DNA of 64,000 bases, taken from positions 4,316 through 68,315 of the forward strand of contig CACBTL010000006.1 in assembly GCA_902542145.1 (NCBI GenBank). The letters run 5' to 3'. Source of the DNA: an uncultured SAR86 cluster bacterium. Lineage in GTDB: Bacteria; Pseudomonadota; Gammaproteobacteria; Magnimaribacterales; AG-339-G14. Below are positions 40,702 to 49,874 of this stretch, piece after piece (within the stretch, counting starts at the first letter, position 1; every line of letters begins with the position of its first letter). The notes under the pieces are model-generated. The model did no database searches and was not told where the DNA came from. It saw only the letters and a program-made list of their open reading frames with translations. Both the position numbers and the translations under genes were made by a program.

Positions 40702-41565
40702 GTGAAAGTTTTTAATCTTCTTAAAGACTTTCTGATTAAAAAAGAAATTTACTACATACAGGAAGAATCCTCCTTTGAATCAGCTTTAATCGATATTGAA
40801 TCTAATAATTTATTAGCATTGGATACGGAATTTATTTGGAGAAATACTTATTTTCCGAAATTAAGTCTAATACAGGTATGTACGGAAAATAAAATCTATA
40901 TCTTGGATTGTCTTACTTTAGATATGTCAAAAATTCACAAAGTATTAGCAGATAAAAATGTTACCAAAATTTTTCATTCTGTTAGAGGAGACTCATCAGT
41001 TCTTTATAATTGCCTAAATATTAAATTAGAAAATATTTTTGACACACAGTTAGCTGAAGATATCTTAAATCAAACTAATGGAGTCCAAATCAGTTATAAG
41101 AAAATAGTAAAAAAATATTTTCTAAAAGATATTTCGAAATCTGAAACAAATTCAGACTGGGAAAGCAGACCATTAAGAAATACACAGATAAAGTACGCAG
41201 CAGAAGACGTAAGATATCTTCATTCAATAATGAGAATCCAAAATAAAAAATTGAAACGCTTAAATAAGTTAAATTTATTCCATTTACAGTGTGAGAAAGA
41301 AAAAAATCTTGGAGAAGAAGATTTTTCTGAATCAAGACTTAAAAGACTACTTAAAAAAAATAAAAATGCTTCTCAATTAGAGATAGACATTTTTAATTGG
41401 AGAGAAAGTCAAGCAAGGAAAATGAATGTTCCTCCAAGCCATATATTGCAAGATAGAGATCTGAAACACTTGAAGAGAATTGTGGAGAAAAAAAAGTTTG
41501 ATGAGTGTAGATGGATTATAAAAAAAGATTCATCAAGGAATGATTTTATGAAATATTTTTTATGA
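40702..41565 (+). CDS. rnd: Ribonuclease D
   Basis: ALDTEF, DTQLA, SDW.SRPL, YAAEDV, HRDC-like tail. Confidence 0.88.
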   Translation: MKVFNLLKDFLIKKEIYYIQEESSFESALIDIESNNLLALDTEFIWRNTYFPKLSLIQVCTENKIYILDCLTLDMSKIHKVLADKNVTKIFHSVRGDSSVLYNCLNIKLENIFDTQLAEDILNQTNGVQISYKKIVKKYFLKDISKSETNSDWESRPLRNTQIKYAAEDVRYLHSIMRIQNKKLKRLNKLNLFHLQCEKEKNLGEEDFSESRLKRLLKKNKNASQLEIDIFNWRESQARKMNVPPSHILQDRDLKHLKRIVEKKKFDECRWIIKKDSSRNDFMKYFL

Positions 41566-41870
41566 TTTACTTATTGTGGGCATTAAATTTATTTTTAGCT
41601 TTATTGATAGCGCTATTAATTAGAAAAGTATTTTCAAATATAGTACTCAAAAGGCTAAGTTATGCTATTTTCTTAAGCCTATTTATTACTTTTTGGTTTT
41701 TGTATCCTGGAAGTGGGGATATGGCACCAATTCTTTCAATTTATCTGATTGACCTTTTAGAGTTTCAGAATTTCAATCAAATGAGATTATTAAGACCCAT
41801 GGTGCTGGTATTTTTCTTAATTTTAATTTTTGATTTTCTAATTTTTAGATATAAATCTAAAAAGAAATAA
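41562..41870 (+). CDS. Small membrane protein of unknown function
   Basis: 102 aa, three hydrophobic segments, ATGA overlap with rnd. Confidence 0.6.
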   Translation: MIYLLWALNLFLALLIALLIRKVFSNIVLKRLSYAIFLSLFITFWFLYPGSGDMAPILSIYLIDLLEFQNFNQMRLLRPMVLVFFLILIFDFLIFRYKSKKK

Positions 41871-42345
41871 TCTCCATTTTTGGAATATCTGTATCAACAA
41901 TTCCCACTTTATTCATGCCTTGCATAATTCCAGCACATTCTCCTGGATTAAAAATAAAGGTATCTTTCAAAATTTCATCCCTAAACCTGTGTGTATGCCC
42001 ATGGACTATAATATTACCTTGCTTGAAAAAACTCTCATCAATATCATTAGGATCATGAATGGCAAAAAGGAAATTATTCTTTGAAATTTCTATTTTGAGA
42101 ATATCTTCGAAAATAAAATCATTCTCTGAGCATACTTTTAATAAACTTTCTTTTTCACCTTGATCATTATTGCCAAATACACCTTTTAAGGGAGCCTTAA
42201 GGTCTTTAAATGCCAATAATGTTTTAGGAAGGCTTATGTCTCCAGTATGGATTATAATGTCTAAATCATGAGAGTTAAAAATGTCGCAAATAATTGCGAC
42301 ATTTTTTAAATTGTTATGAGTGTCGCCAGTTAGGCCTATTTTCAA
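41857..42345 (-). CDS. YfcE/MJ0936-family metallophosphoesterase
   Basis: GDTH, HTGD, GNND, HGHTH, NPGE. Confidence 0.9.
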   Translation of the reverse strand: MKIGLTGDTHNNLKNVAIICDIFNSHDLDIIIHTGDISLPKTLLAFKDLKAPLKGVFGNNDQGEKESLLKVCSENDFIFEDILKIEISKNNFLFAIHDPNDIDESFFKQGNIIVHGHTHRFRDEILKDTFIFNPGECAGIMQGMNKVGIVDTDIPKMEIISF

Positions 42346-42348
42346 GGA

Positions 42349-43491
42349 TTAATTCGTTTTCTCGAGAATATGAATCCCACAAGCTGTTCCAAGACCAATG
42401 ACATGTGTCATTCCAATCTTCGCACCTTCTACTTGCCTTGCACCTGCTTCACCTCTTAAGTGAGTGCAAACCTCATAAATATTTGCTATTCCTGTTGCTC
42501 CTAAGGGATGACCTTTTGATAAGAGACCCCCTGAAACGTTAACAGGAACTTTTCCTCCGAGCTCAACATGTCCTTCGTCTATCATTCTTCCAGCATCCCC
42601 ATCTTTACAAAGACCAAGGTTTTCATAGTGCAACATTTCAGCAGTAGCAAAACAATCATGAAGTTCCACAAGATTTACATCTTCTGGACCAATCCCTGCC
42701 TGTTCATAAGCATCTTTTGCAGCAAGTCTAGTGCAGGCATTAACATCAGGCATCACTAAATCTCTATCAGTATAAGGATCACTTGCCATAGCAGAAGCTC
42801 TAACTTTAACTGCTCTTGACATGCCCAATTCTTTTGCCTTTTTCTCAGAAACCAACACTGCTGCTGCAGAACCATCAACATTTACTGAGCACATAAGTTT
42901 TGTATTTGGATAAGAAATCATTTCAGCATTCATGACTTCATCAAGAGGAGTTTCAATTTGATACATCGCCTTTGGATTCATCGTTGAATGATGATGATTC
43001 TTGACTGAGATTTTAGCGAATTGTTCAAAGGTAGTTCCATATTCCTTAGTATGCTCCATGCCAGCTTCAGCAAACACACATGGCATTGTCCCAGATCCAA
43101 GAAGACCTTCTTTAGGAATACCATCTCCTCCTCCAGCTCCACCCAAGAGTCCTTTACCCATCTGCTCTACACCCACAGCAAGAACTACATCATACATACC
43201 AGCTTTTATTGACATCCAAGCTTCTCTAAAAGCAGTAGCACCAGTTGCGCAAGCATTGGCAACATTTACAACTGGCATCCCAGTTTGTCCGATTTCTTGA
43301 AGAATTCTCTGACCAACCATTGCGTTAGCTTGACCTAGATTTCCACAATATAGTGCTTGCATGTCTTGAATTCCTAAACCTGCATCATCTAAAGCCATTA
43401 AAGCGGCTTCAGCTCCAATATTCGGAACACTTCTGTCAGGAAATCTTCCAAACTTGATCATATCAACACCCATTACATAAACATCACTCAT
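42349..43491 (-). CDS. SCP2-type thiolase (lipid-transfer protein family)
   Basis: NACATG, ELHDCF, GGLLSKGHPLGATG. Confidence 0.92.
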   Translation of the reverse strand: MSDVYVMGVDMIKFGRFPDRSVPNIGAEAALMALDDAGLGIQDMQALYCGNLGQANAMVGQRILQEIGQTGMPVVNVANACATGATAFREAWMSIKAGMYDVVLAVGVEQMGKGLLGGAGGGDGIPKEGLLGSGTMPCVFAEAGMEHTKEYGTTFEQFAKISVKNHHHSTMNPKAMYQIETPLDEVMNAEMISYPNTKLMCSVNVDGSAAAVLVSEKKAKELGMSRAVKVRASAMASDPYTDRDLVMPDVNACTRLAAKDAYEQAGIGPEDVNLVELHDCFATAEMLHYENLGLCKDGDAGRMIDEGHVELGGKVPVNVSGGLLSKGHPLGATGIANIYEVCTHLRGEAGARQVEGAKIGMTHVIGLGTACGIHILEKTN

Positions 43492-43504
43492 AATTTCACC
43501 TCAA

Positions 43505-43921
43505 CTAAGCTGGTTCAAAAAAATAACTAAGATAAGAATTTCCATCTTTATCTTTTCTGCCTAAAGCATCGCCATAAGTTATTTTAACTGGCATATTAAA
43601 TTCTATTTTATCAGGATCAGGATCAATATTAATCAAATTTCCTTTAATTGTTCCTCCACCATCAAGATCTACAATTGCAGAAATGTAAGGGACATCGATT
43701 CCAGGAAATGATCTAAAAACAATTGCGTAGCTATGCAAAATTCCTGTTTCAGATAACTTAATAACTTCCATCTCGTTTCTTGCAAAACATTTAGAACATA
43801 CAGTTCTTTCACCTAAATAAGTGGAACCACATTTTTTACAACGATAACCTTCCAAGTAAGGATTACCATCATCAGGAATTCTTAAATAATCCACTACAGG
43901 TAATGGTTTTGATTCAGACAT
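43505..43921 (-). CDS. DUF35 Zn-ribbon/OB-fold thiolase partner
   Basis: CKKC...CSKC and OB-fold; GGGGGA SD before ATG 43921; adjacent to the thiolase. Confidence 0.9.
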   Translation of the reverse strand: MSESKPLPVVDYLRIPDDGNPYLEGYRCKKCGSTYLGERTVCSKCFARNEMEVIKLSETGILHSYAIVFRSFPGIDVPYISAIVDLDGGGTIKGNLINIDPDPDKIEFNMPVKITYGDALGRKDKDGNSYLSYFFEPA

Positions 43922-43989
43922 CTTTCCCCCAATAAAACTTAACCATGTACAATTATTAAACCATAGCAATGCATAAAAATTAAGAAAAA

Positions 43990-44721
43990 ATGAGTTTAAT
44001 TGGCGGAATTGTAGGTGGAATGATTGGATTCACTTTACTTGGACCTATTGGTGCTCTTGTTGGAAGTGTAATGGGCTCCAGAATGACAAGGCAAGCAAAA
44101 TCTAGAAGAAATCCAAATAATTTAGATCATCAAGTAGCTTTTTTTACAGCTTTATTTGCTTGCCTAGCAAAAATAGCAAAAGCAGATGGAAGAGTAAGCG
44201 AAGAGGAAGTTTCCAAAATAGAAAGCTTTATTTCTAACAAATTTAATTTTAGTGAAGATGAAAGAAATTTTGCTATAAATATTTTTCAAAAAGCTAAATC
44301 AGATAGCGTTTCTTTTGAGGCATATGCAAAGCAGTTGTATCAACTTTTAGGCTCTAGTCCAAATTCTCTTTTGGTTTTTTATGAGCTTTTATTTGAGTTA
44401 GCCATGGCTGATGGAGAAATGCATGAAAATGAAGAGAGGCTGTTGAGAAAAATCCCTAACATCTTTGGGTTTGATAAAAATGTTTATAAAGATTTATACA
44501 ATAAATATGTTGGAAAAATTTCAAATGCTTATGAAGTTCTGGGTGTTACAAAAGGCATGACTTTAGAAGAAATAAAAAAAGTCTATAGAGTTAAAAGAAA
44601 AGAATTTCATCCAGATGCACTAATTTCTAAAGGTCTTCCGGAGGAATTAATTGAAAAAGCTAAAGAAAAATTTATAGAAATACAAGCAGCATTTGAGATA
44701 ATAGAGAAGGAAAAAAAATGA
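43990..44721 (+). CDS. djlA: Co-chaperone DjlA (TerB + J domain)
   Basis: Gly-rich N-terminal TM, AKADGRVS, AYEVLG, HPD motif. Confidence 0.9.
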   Translation: MSLIGGIVGGMIGFTLLGPIGALVGSVMGSRMTRQAKSRRNPNNLDHQVAFFTALFACLAKIAKADGRVSEEEVSKIESFISNKFNFSEDERNFAINIFQKAKSDSVSFEAYAKQLYQLLGSSPNSLLVFYELLFELAMADGEMHENEERLLRKIPNIFGFDKNVYKDLYNKYVGKISNAYEVLGVTKGMTLEEIKKVYRVKRKEFHPDALISKGLPEELIEKAKEKFIEIQAAFEIIEKEKK

Positions 44722-45188
44722 TTAGATTTATTTTAAAATTAGATAATTTTTTAGGTAACTTAAAAGCCTTTGATTTCATTGGTCTATTCTTTTTGAGAGT
44801 CTACTTATTCTTCATATTTTGGAACGCTGGGATCAGAAAAATAGCGTGGGAAGATGGCATACCAAATGTTGATAGATTTTCAGAGTTTTTAGCCCCCGGA
44901 GGAAAAGATAACCTCAATTTAATTCTACCCGACCTATTTGCTTGGCTAACAGTTATTGCTGAAGCATTAGGGGCAATCCTCTTGTTAATAGGCCTTTTCT
45001 CGAGATGGGCGACCGTACCTATTTTAATCTGCATGATTGTGGCTACTTATTATCACTCTCCAAACGGATGGAATGCAGACGCTGGAGGTTATGAGATGTC
45101 AGTTACTTATTTCTTAATGACGACAATCATTTTATTATTTGGTCCAGGCAAATATTTATCGCTAGATTTTTGGGTTCAAAGAAAATAA
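44718..45188 (+). CDS. DoxX family membrane protein
   Basis: Four TMs, E.LGA.LL.IGL..R, GYE, GPGKYLSLD. Confidence 0.85.
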   Translation: MIRFILKLDNFLGNLKAFDFIGLFFLRVYLFFIFWNAGIRKIAWEDGIPNVDRFSEFLAPGGKDNLNLILPDLFAWLTVIAEALGAILLLIGLFSRWATVPILICMIVATYYHSPNGWNADAGGYEMSVTYFLMTTIILLFGPGKYLSLDFWVQRK

Positions 45189-45782
45189 ATGAATTTTGAT
45201 TCCATTTCTCAAGAACCTCTCCTTGAAGTCAAATTTTTTCTTGAGCAAGCCAGAGATAAAGATTTAAGAGACTGGAATGGTATGACCGTTTCAACCGTTG
45301 ATGAATATCAAAGACCGTCTTCCAGAGTTGTATTACTAAAAAAATTTACTGATGATGGTTTATTTTTTTATACCAACTACAAAAGTAAAAAGGGCCAAGA
45401 TATTTCAAAGAATAATAATGTTTCAGTAAACTTTTGGTGGAGAGAGTTACAAGTTCAAATCAGAATCAGTGGATCAATATCTGAAGTTTCCAGATCGGAA
45501 TCGGAAGAATATTTTAATTCGAGACCAAAAGGTTCAAGAATTTCGGCTATTGTTTCAAAACAAAGCGAAGAAATTGAATCTTTTGAAAGCTTCCAAAAAA
45601 CAGTTGAAAAAGCTATGAATAATTTGGAAGAGAAAGATATTAAACTGCCAGATCATTGCGGTATGTACAAAATCACGCCTGCGGAGATTGAAATTTGGAA
45701 AGAAGGAGAATTCCGAAGACATGAAAGAACACTTTTCAAATCAGAAGAAAAAAAGTGGGTTAAATCTTACCTTTCTCCTTAA
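45189..45782 (+). CDS. pdxH: Pyridoxamine 5'-phosphate oxidase
   Basis: PSSRVVLLK, FYTNY.S.K, Q.RI.G, YFNSRP. Confidence 0.93.
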   Translation: MNFDSISQEPLLEVKFFLEQARDKDLRDWNGMTVSTVDEYQRPSSRVVLLKKFTDDGLFFYTNYKSKKGQDISKNNNVSVNFWWRELQVQIRISGSISEVSRSESEEYFNSRPKGSRISAIVSKQSEEIESFESFQKTVEKAMNNLEEKDIKLPDHCGMYKITPAEIEIWKEGEFRRHERTLFKSEEKKWVKSYLSP

Positions 45783-45800
45783 AAAATAGTGATATTTAAG

Positions 45801-45836
45801 TAAAATAACATTTAGGCCCCTCGTATAGGTCAAAAA
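45801..45836 (+). promoter_or_regulatory. thrS -10 element and tRNA-Thr anticodon-mimic leader hairpin
   Basis: TAAAAT at 45801-06; GGCC(C)-CTCGTAT-(A)GGTC hairpin with CGT centred in a 7-nt loop, 5 nt before the ATG. Confidence 0.6.
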
Positions 45837-47765
45837 ATGATAGAAATTATACTTCCTGATAAATCCAAGAGAAATTTTGATAAGCCTCCTAGCATTTATG
45901 AATTGGCTCAAGATATCGGCCCAGGTTTAGCTAAAGCAACTCTAGCAGGCGTTATCAATGGGAAAGAGCATGATGCTTGTGATCTTATAGAACAAAACTC
46001 AGAAGTTGCCATCTTAACCAACAAAGATAAACAAGGATTAGATATTATTCGACATAGTTGTGCTCACTTATTTGGCCATGCCATCAAACAAATTTTTCCT
46101 GAAACTAAAATGGCAATTGGACCAATCATTGAAGATGGATTTTATTATGATATTGACTTAGACCATAAACTGACTCATCAAGATCTTGAAAAAATTGAAA
46201 AACGAATGAAAGAGTTAGCTAGTTCATCTTATGAGGTTGAAAAAAAAGTAGTTCCGCATAAAGAGGCTGTAAAAGTCTTTAAGAGTAGAAAAGAAGATTA
46301 CAAACTTGAAATACTCAAAGATATTGATAAATCAGAAAATGTTGCCCTATACCATCATGAGGAGTACGTGGATATGTGTCGGGGGCCTCATATTCCTAAT
46401 ATGAGTTTTGTTAAAGCTTTCAAATTAACGCATTCTGCCGGCGCTTATTGGAGAGGAAAATCAGACAATAAAATGCTCCAAAGAGTCTATGGAACGGCAT
46501 GGAATTCTAAAAAAGAACTTGATGATCATTTGCATACTAAAGAAGAAGCATCCAAAAGAGATCATAGGTTACTCGGAAAAAAATATGATTTATTTCATCT
46601 GCAAGAAGAAGCTCCTGGCATGGTTTTTTGGCATCCTAAAGGATGGAGTATTTATACTGCAGTTGAAAAATATATGAGAGAAAAACAAGTTAATGCAAAT
46701 TACTCTGAGATAAAAACGCCACAAGTAATTGATAGAAAATTATGGGAGAAATCGGGTCATTGGGAAAAATATAGAGAAAATATGTTCATCACAGAAATTG
46801 ATGAAGAACATGCAAAGGAAAAGAGAACAAATGCTTTGAAACCCATGAATTGTCCAGGCCACGTTCAAATTTATAATCAATCTTTAAAGTCATACAGAGA
46901 CTTACCGATTAGGTTTGCAGAGTTTGGTAGCTGCCATAGATACGAACCTTCAGGGACCATGCATGGACTTATGCGGGTAAGGGGCTTCACTCAAGATGAC
47001 GGACATATTTTTTGCACTGAGGATCAAATCCAAGAAGAGACTGCTTCATTTATTTCCCTTCTTTATGATGTTTATGAAGATTTTGGCTTTAAAAAAATTA
47101 ATATAAAACTTTCAACAAGACCAGAGGTAAGAGTTGGCTCTGATAAGATTTGGGACAAAGCTGAAAAAGCTCTCAAGAATGCTATCGAAGCTCTAAACAT
47201 TGATTATGAGATTGCAGAAGGCGATGGAGCTTTTTACGGACCAAAAATTGATTTTGTTCTTACCGATGCATTAAAAAGAGAATGGCAGTGCGGAACTTTT
47301 CAGGCTGATTTCAATTTGCCTGAAAGGCTTGATGCTTCTTATGTGGGAGAGGATGGTAAAAAACATAGACCAGTCATGATGCATAGAGCAATTCTGGGAT
47401 CGTTTGAGAGATTTATAGGAATTTTAATTGAACAATACGATGGATCCTTTCCTTTATGGTTATCTCCTATCCATGCAGTAGTCATGAATGTGTCGGAAAA
47501 ACATACTGATAGAGTAGTTGAAATCACTGAGATATTGAAAAAAAATGAAATAAAAGTCATTTCAGACTTGAGGAATGAGAAAATCACTTATAAAATCCGC
47601 GACCACTCTATACAAAAGATACCTTATCAAATAGTAATAGGTGATAAGGAGGTTGAAGAGGGCTCTGTCAGTGTTAGAGACAGAGAATCTCAAAAGCAAT
47701 CTTCAATGTCAGAGAGTGAGTTCTCAAAAATGGTTTTGAGAAAAATAAGATCCAAGGAGGTCTGA
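45837..47765 (+). CDS. thrS: Threonine--tRNA ligase
   Basis: TGS domain, HSCAH, DMCRGPH, KPMNCP, QDDGHIF, GAFYGPK, HRAILGS. Confidence 0.98.
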   Translation: MIEIILPDKSKRNFDKPPSIYELAQDIGPGLAKATLAGVINGKEHDACDLIEQNSEVAILTNKDKQGLDIIRHSCAHLFGHAIKQIFPETKMAIGPIIEDGFYYDIDLDHKLTHQDLEKIEKRMKELASSSYEVEKKVVPHKEAVKVFKSRKEDYKLEILKDIDKSENVALYHHEEYVDMCRGPHIPNMSFVKAFKLTHSAGAYWRGKSDNKMLQRVYGTAWNSKKELDDHLHTKEEASKRDHRLLGKKYDLFHLQEEAPGMVFWHPKGWSIYTAVEKYMREKQVNANYSEIKTPQVIDRKLWEKSGHWEKYRENMFITEIDEEHAKEKRTNALKPMNCPGHVQIYNQSLKSYRDLPIRFAEFGSCHRYEPSGTMHGLMRVRGFTQDDGHIFCTEDQIQEETASFISLLYDVYEDFGFKKINIKLSTRPEVRVGSDKIWDKAEKALKNAIEALNIDYEIAEGDGAFYGPKIDFVLTDALKREWQCGTFQADFNLPERLDASYVGEDGKKHRPVMMHRAILGSFERFIGILIEQYDGSFPLWLSPIHAVVMNVSEKHTDRVVEITEILKKNEIKVISDLRNEKITYKIRDHSIQKIPYQIVIGDKEVEEGSVSVRDRESQKQSSMSESEFSKMVLRKIRSKEV

Positions 47766-47794
47766 TTGTTAAAATTTTCCGTTAGAGGTTTAAA

Positions 47795-48343
47795 ATAACT
47801 TCTCCAAGACCTAGACAGTCGTCTTTTAAAAATAGGCAACCTGTAAATCGACAAATTTCCGCTTCAAAAGTAAGACTTATATCTGAATCTGGAGAACAAC
47901 TGGGAATAGTTGCGATAGAAGAAGCCATGAAAAAAGCTTCCGCTGCAAGCCTTGATTTGGTTCAGTTAGCAAACGATTCTGAACATCCAGTTTGCAAACT
48001 CATGGATTACGGTAAACACCTTTTCGATAAGAAAAAACAAAAATCAGCTTCAAAGAAAAAACAAAAAAGAACACAAATTAAAGAAGTAAAATTTAGACCT
48101 GGAACAGAAGAAAACGATTATCAAATAAAGTTAAAAAGCATAATAAGATTTATTCAAGATGGAGATAAGGCAAAAATTACAATGAGATTTAGAGGCAGAG
48201 AAATGGCGCATCAGAATTTAGGTTTTGAGCTTCTGAAAAGAATTGAAACAGACCTTTCTGACCAGGCTGTTGTTGAGCAAGAGCCGCAGTCAGAGGGAAG
48301 ACAGCTTGTAATGGTTATGTCACCAACAAAAAAGAAAAATTAA
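47795..48343 (+). CDS. infC: Translation initiation factor IF-3 (non-canonical ATA start)
   Basis: Frame is open back to ATA 47795 behind a GAGG SD (in-frame TAG at 47783); adds VN.QI...VRLI...GEQLG; KEVKFRP, FRGRE. Confidence 0.93.
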   Translation: MTSPRPRQSSFKNRQPVNRQISASKVRLISESGEQLGIVAIEEAMKKASAASLDLVQLANDSEHPVCKLMDYGKHLFDKKKQKSASKKKQKRTQIKEVKFRPGTEENDYQIKLKSIIRFIQDGDKAKITMRFRGREMAHQNLGFELLKRIETDLSDQAVVEQEPQSEGRQLVMVMSPTKKKN

Positions 48344-48345
48344 AT

Positions 48346-48543
48346 ATGCCAAAAATAAAAGTACATAAAGGAGCTGCCAAGCGCTTTAAAAAAACAGGCT
48401 CTGGACTCAAAAGAAAACAAGCTAATAAAAGACATATTCTTACTAAGATGTCGACAAAATCAAAAAGGCAACTCAGAGGTACAACTCAACTAGCTGCTGG
48501 CGATGAAAAACTGGTAAAAAGAATGTTTAGAGAAAAATCATGA
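48346..48543 (+). CDS. rpmI: 50S ribosomal protein L35
   Basis: [22 protein letters not shown]. Confidence 0.97.
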   Translation: MPKIKVHKGAAKRFKKTGSGLKRKQANKRHILTKMSTKSKRQLRGTTQLAAGDEKLVKRMFREKS

Positions 48544-48896
48544 GCAGAGTGAAACGCGGCGTTCAAGCCAAAAAAAGACACAAGAAAATCCTTAAACTAG
48601 CCAAAGGTTACAGAGGAGCTCGGAGCAGGACTTTCAAAGTCGCAAATCAGGCTGTAATAAAAGCTGGCCAATACGCATACAGAGATAGAAAAGTTAAGAA
48701 AAGAACTTTTAGATCGCTTTGGATTATTAGAATTAATGCTGCAGTAAGAGAGCACGGTCTTAGCTATAGTGTTTTCATGAACGGTCTTAAAAAAGCCAAA
48801 ATTGATTTGGATAGAAGAGTCTTAGCCAATATGGCTGTTGAAGATAAAGAAGGTTTTGCATCTCTAGTTTCAAAGGTTAAAGATATTGCTGCATAA
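48540..48896 (+). CDS. rplT: 50S ribosomal protein L20
   Basis: [30 protein letters not shown]. Confidence 0.98.
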   Translation: MSRVKRGVQAKKRHKKILKLAKGYRGARSRTFKVANQAVIKAGQYAYRDRKVKKRTFRSLWIIRINAAVREHGLSYSVFMNGLKKAKIDLDRRVLANMAVEDKEGFASLVSKVKDIAA

Positions 48897-48902
48897 TGGG
48901 CT

Positions 48903-49874
48903 ATGGATTTAGCCCAAGAGAAAAAATCTTTCTTAAGTAAATTTAAAGAAGCAGATTCTCAAGATTCTCTTAATTCTCTAAAAATTGAATACCTTGGCAA
49001 GAAAGGCATTCTTCCATCTTTAATGTCCCAACTATCAAATGCTCCTGCTGAAAAGAAACCTGAGTTAGGTAAATCGATCAATGAATTTAAATCTCTAATT
49101 GAAGAATCAATCAGCTCTTCGTTGGAAAAAATTGAACAATCTGCCTTGGATGAACAACTATCCAAAGAAGCAATTGATGTTACTTTGCCATTAAGTCCAG
49201 AAGTAGGAAGTTACCATCCGGTATCTATCATAGCTCAAGAAATCTCAAATTATTTTAAAAACAAAGGTTACGTTCTCCGAGAAGGGCCTGAAATTGAATC
49301 AGAGTATTTCAATTTTTCTGCATTGAATATTCCTGACAACCATCCTGCTAGAGACATGCACGACACCTTTTATTTTGATGATGGTAACCTTTTAAGAACT
49401 CACACCTCACCAGTTCAAATCAGGTCTATGGAATTGGAATCTCCGCCTTTAAAAATATTGTGTCCAGGCAAAGTATTTAGATGCGATTCAGATCAAACTC
49501 ACACCCCTATGTTTCATCAAGTGGAAGGTCTTGTTGTCGATAAAGATATAAATTTTGCACATCTGAAAAATGAGATTTTAGAGTTTATCGAATCTTTTTT
49601 TAAAGATAATCCAAAGGTAAGGTTTCGACCTTCATACTTTCCGTTCACAGAACCTTCAGTGGAAGTAGATATTCAAGGAAAGAATGGCTGGTTAGAAATA
49701 ATGGGATGTGGAATGGTTCATCCAAATGTATTGAAAAACGTTGGGCTAAACCCAGAAGTGTATTCAGGTTTTGCCTTTGGTATGGGAATAGAAAGAATGA
49801 CTATGCTCAGATATCAGATATCTGATATCAGAATGTTATTTGAGAATGACTTAAGGTTTGTCACCAAAGGATAA
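48903..49874 (+). CDS. pheS: Phenylalanine--tRNA ligase alpha subunit
   Basis: HPARDMHDTF, LRTHTSPVQ, FHQVEG, FPFTEPS, GFAFGMGIER. Confidence 0.98.
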   Translation: MDLAQEKKSFLSKFKEADSQDSLNSLKIEYLGKKGILPSLMSQLSNAPAEKKPELGKSINEFKSLIEESISSSLEKIEQSALDEQLSKEAIDVTLPLSPEVGSYHPVSIIAQEISNYFKNKGYVLREGPEIESEYFNFSALNIPDNHPARDMHDTFYFDDGNLLRTHTSPVQIRSMELESPPLKILCPGKVFRCDSDQTHTPMFHQVEGLVVDKDINFAHLKNEILEFIESFFKDNPKVRFRPSYFPFTEPSVEVDIQGKNGWLEIMGCGMVHPNVLKNVGLNPEVYSGFAFGMGIERMTMLRYQISDIRMLFENDLRFVTKG

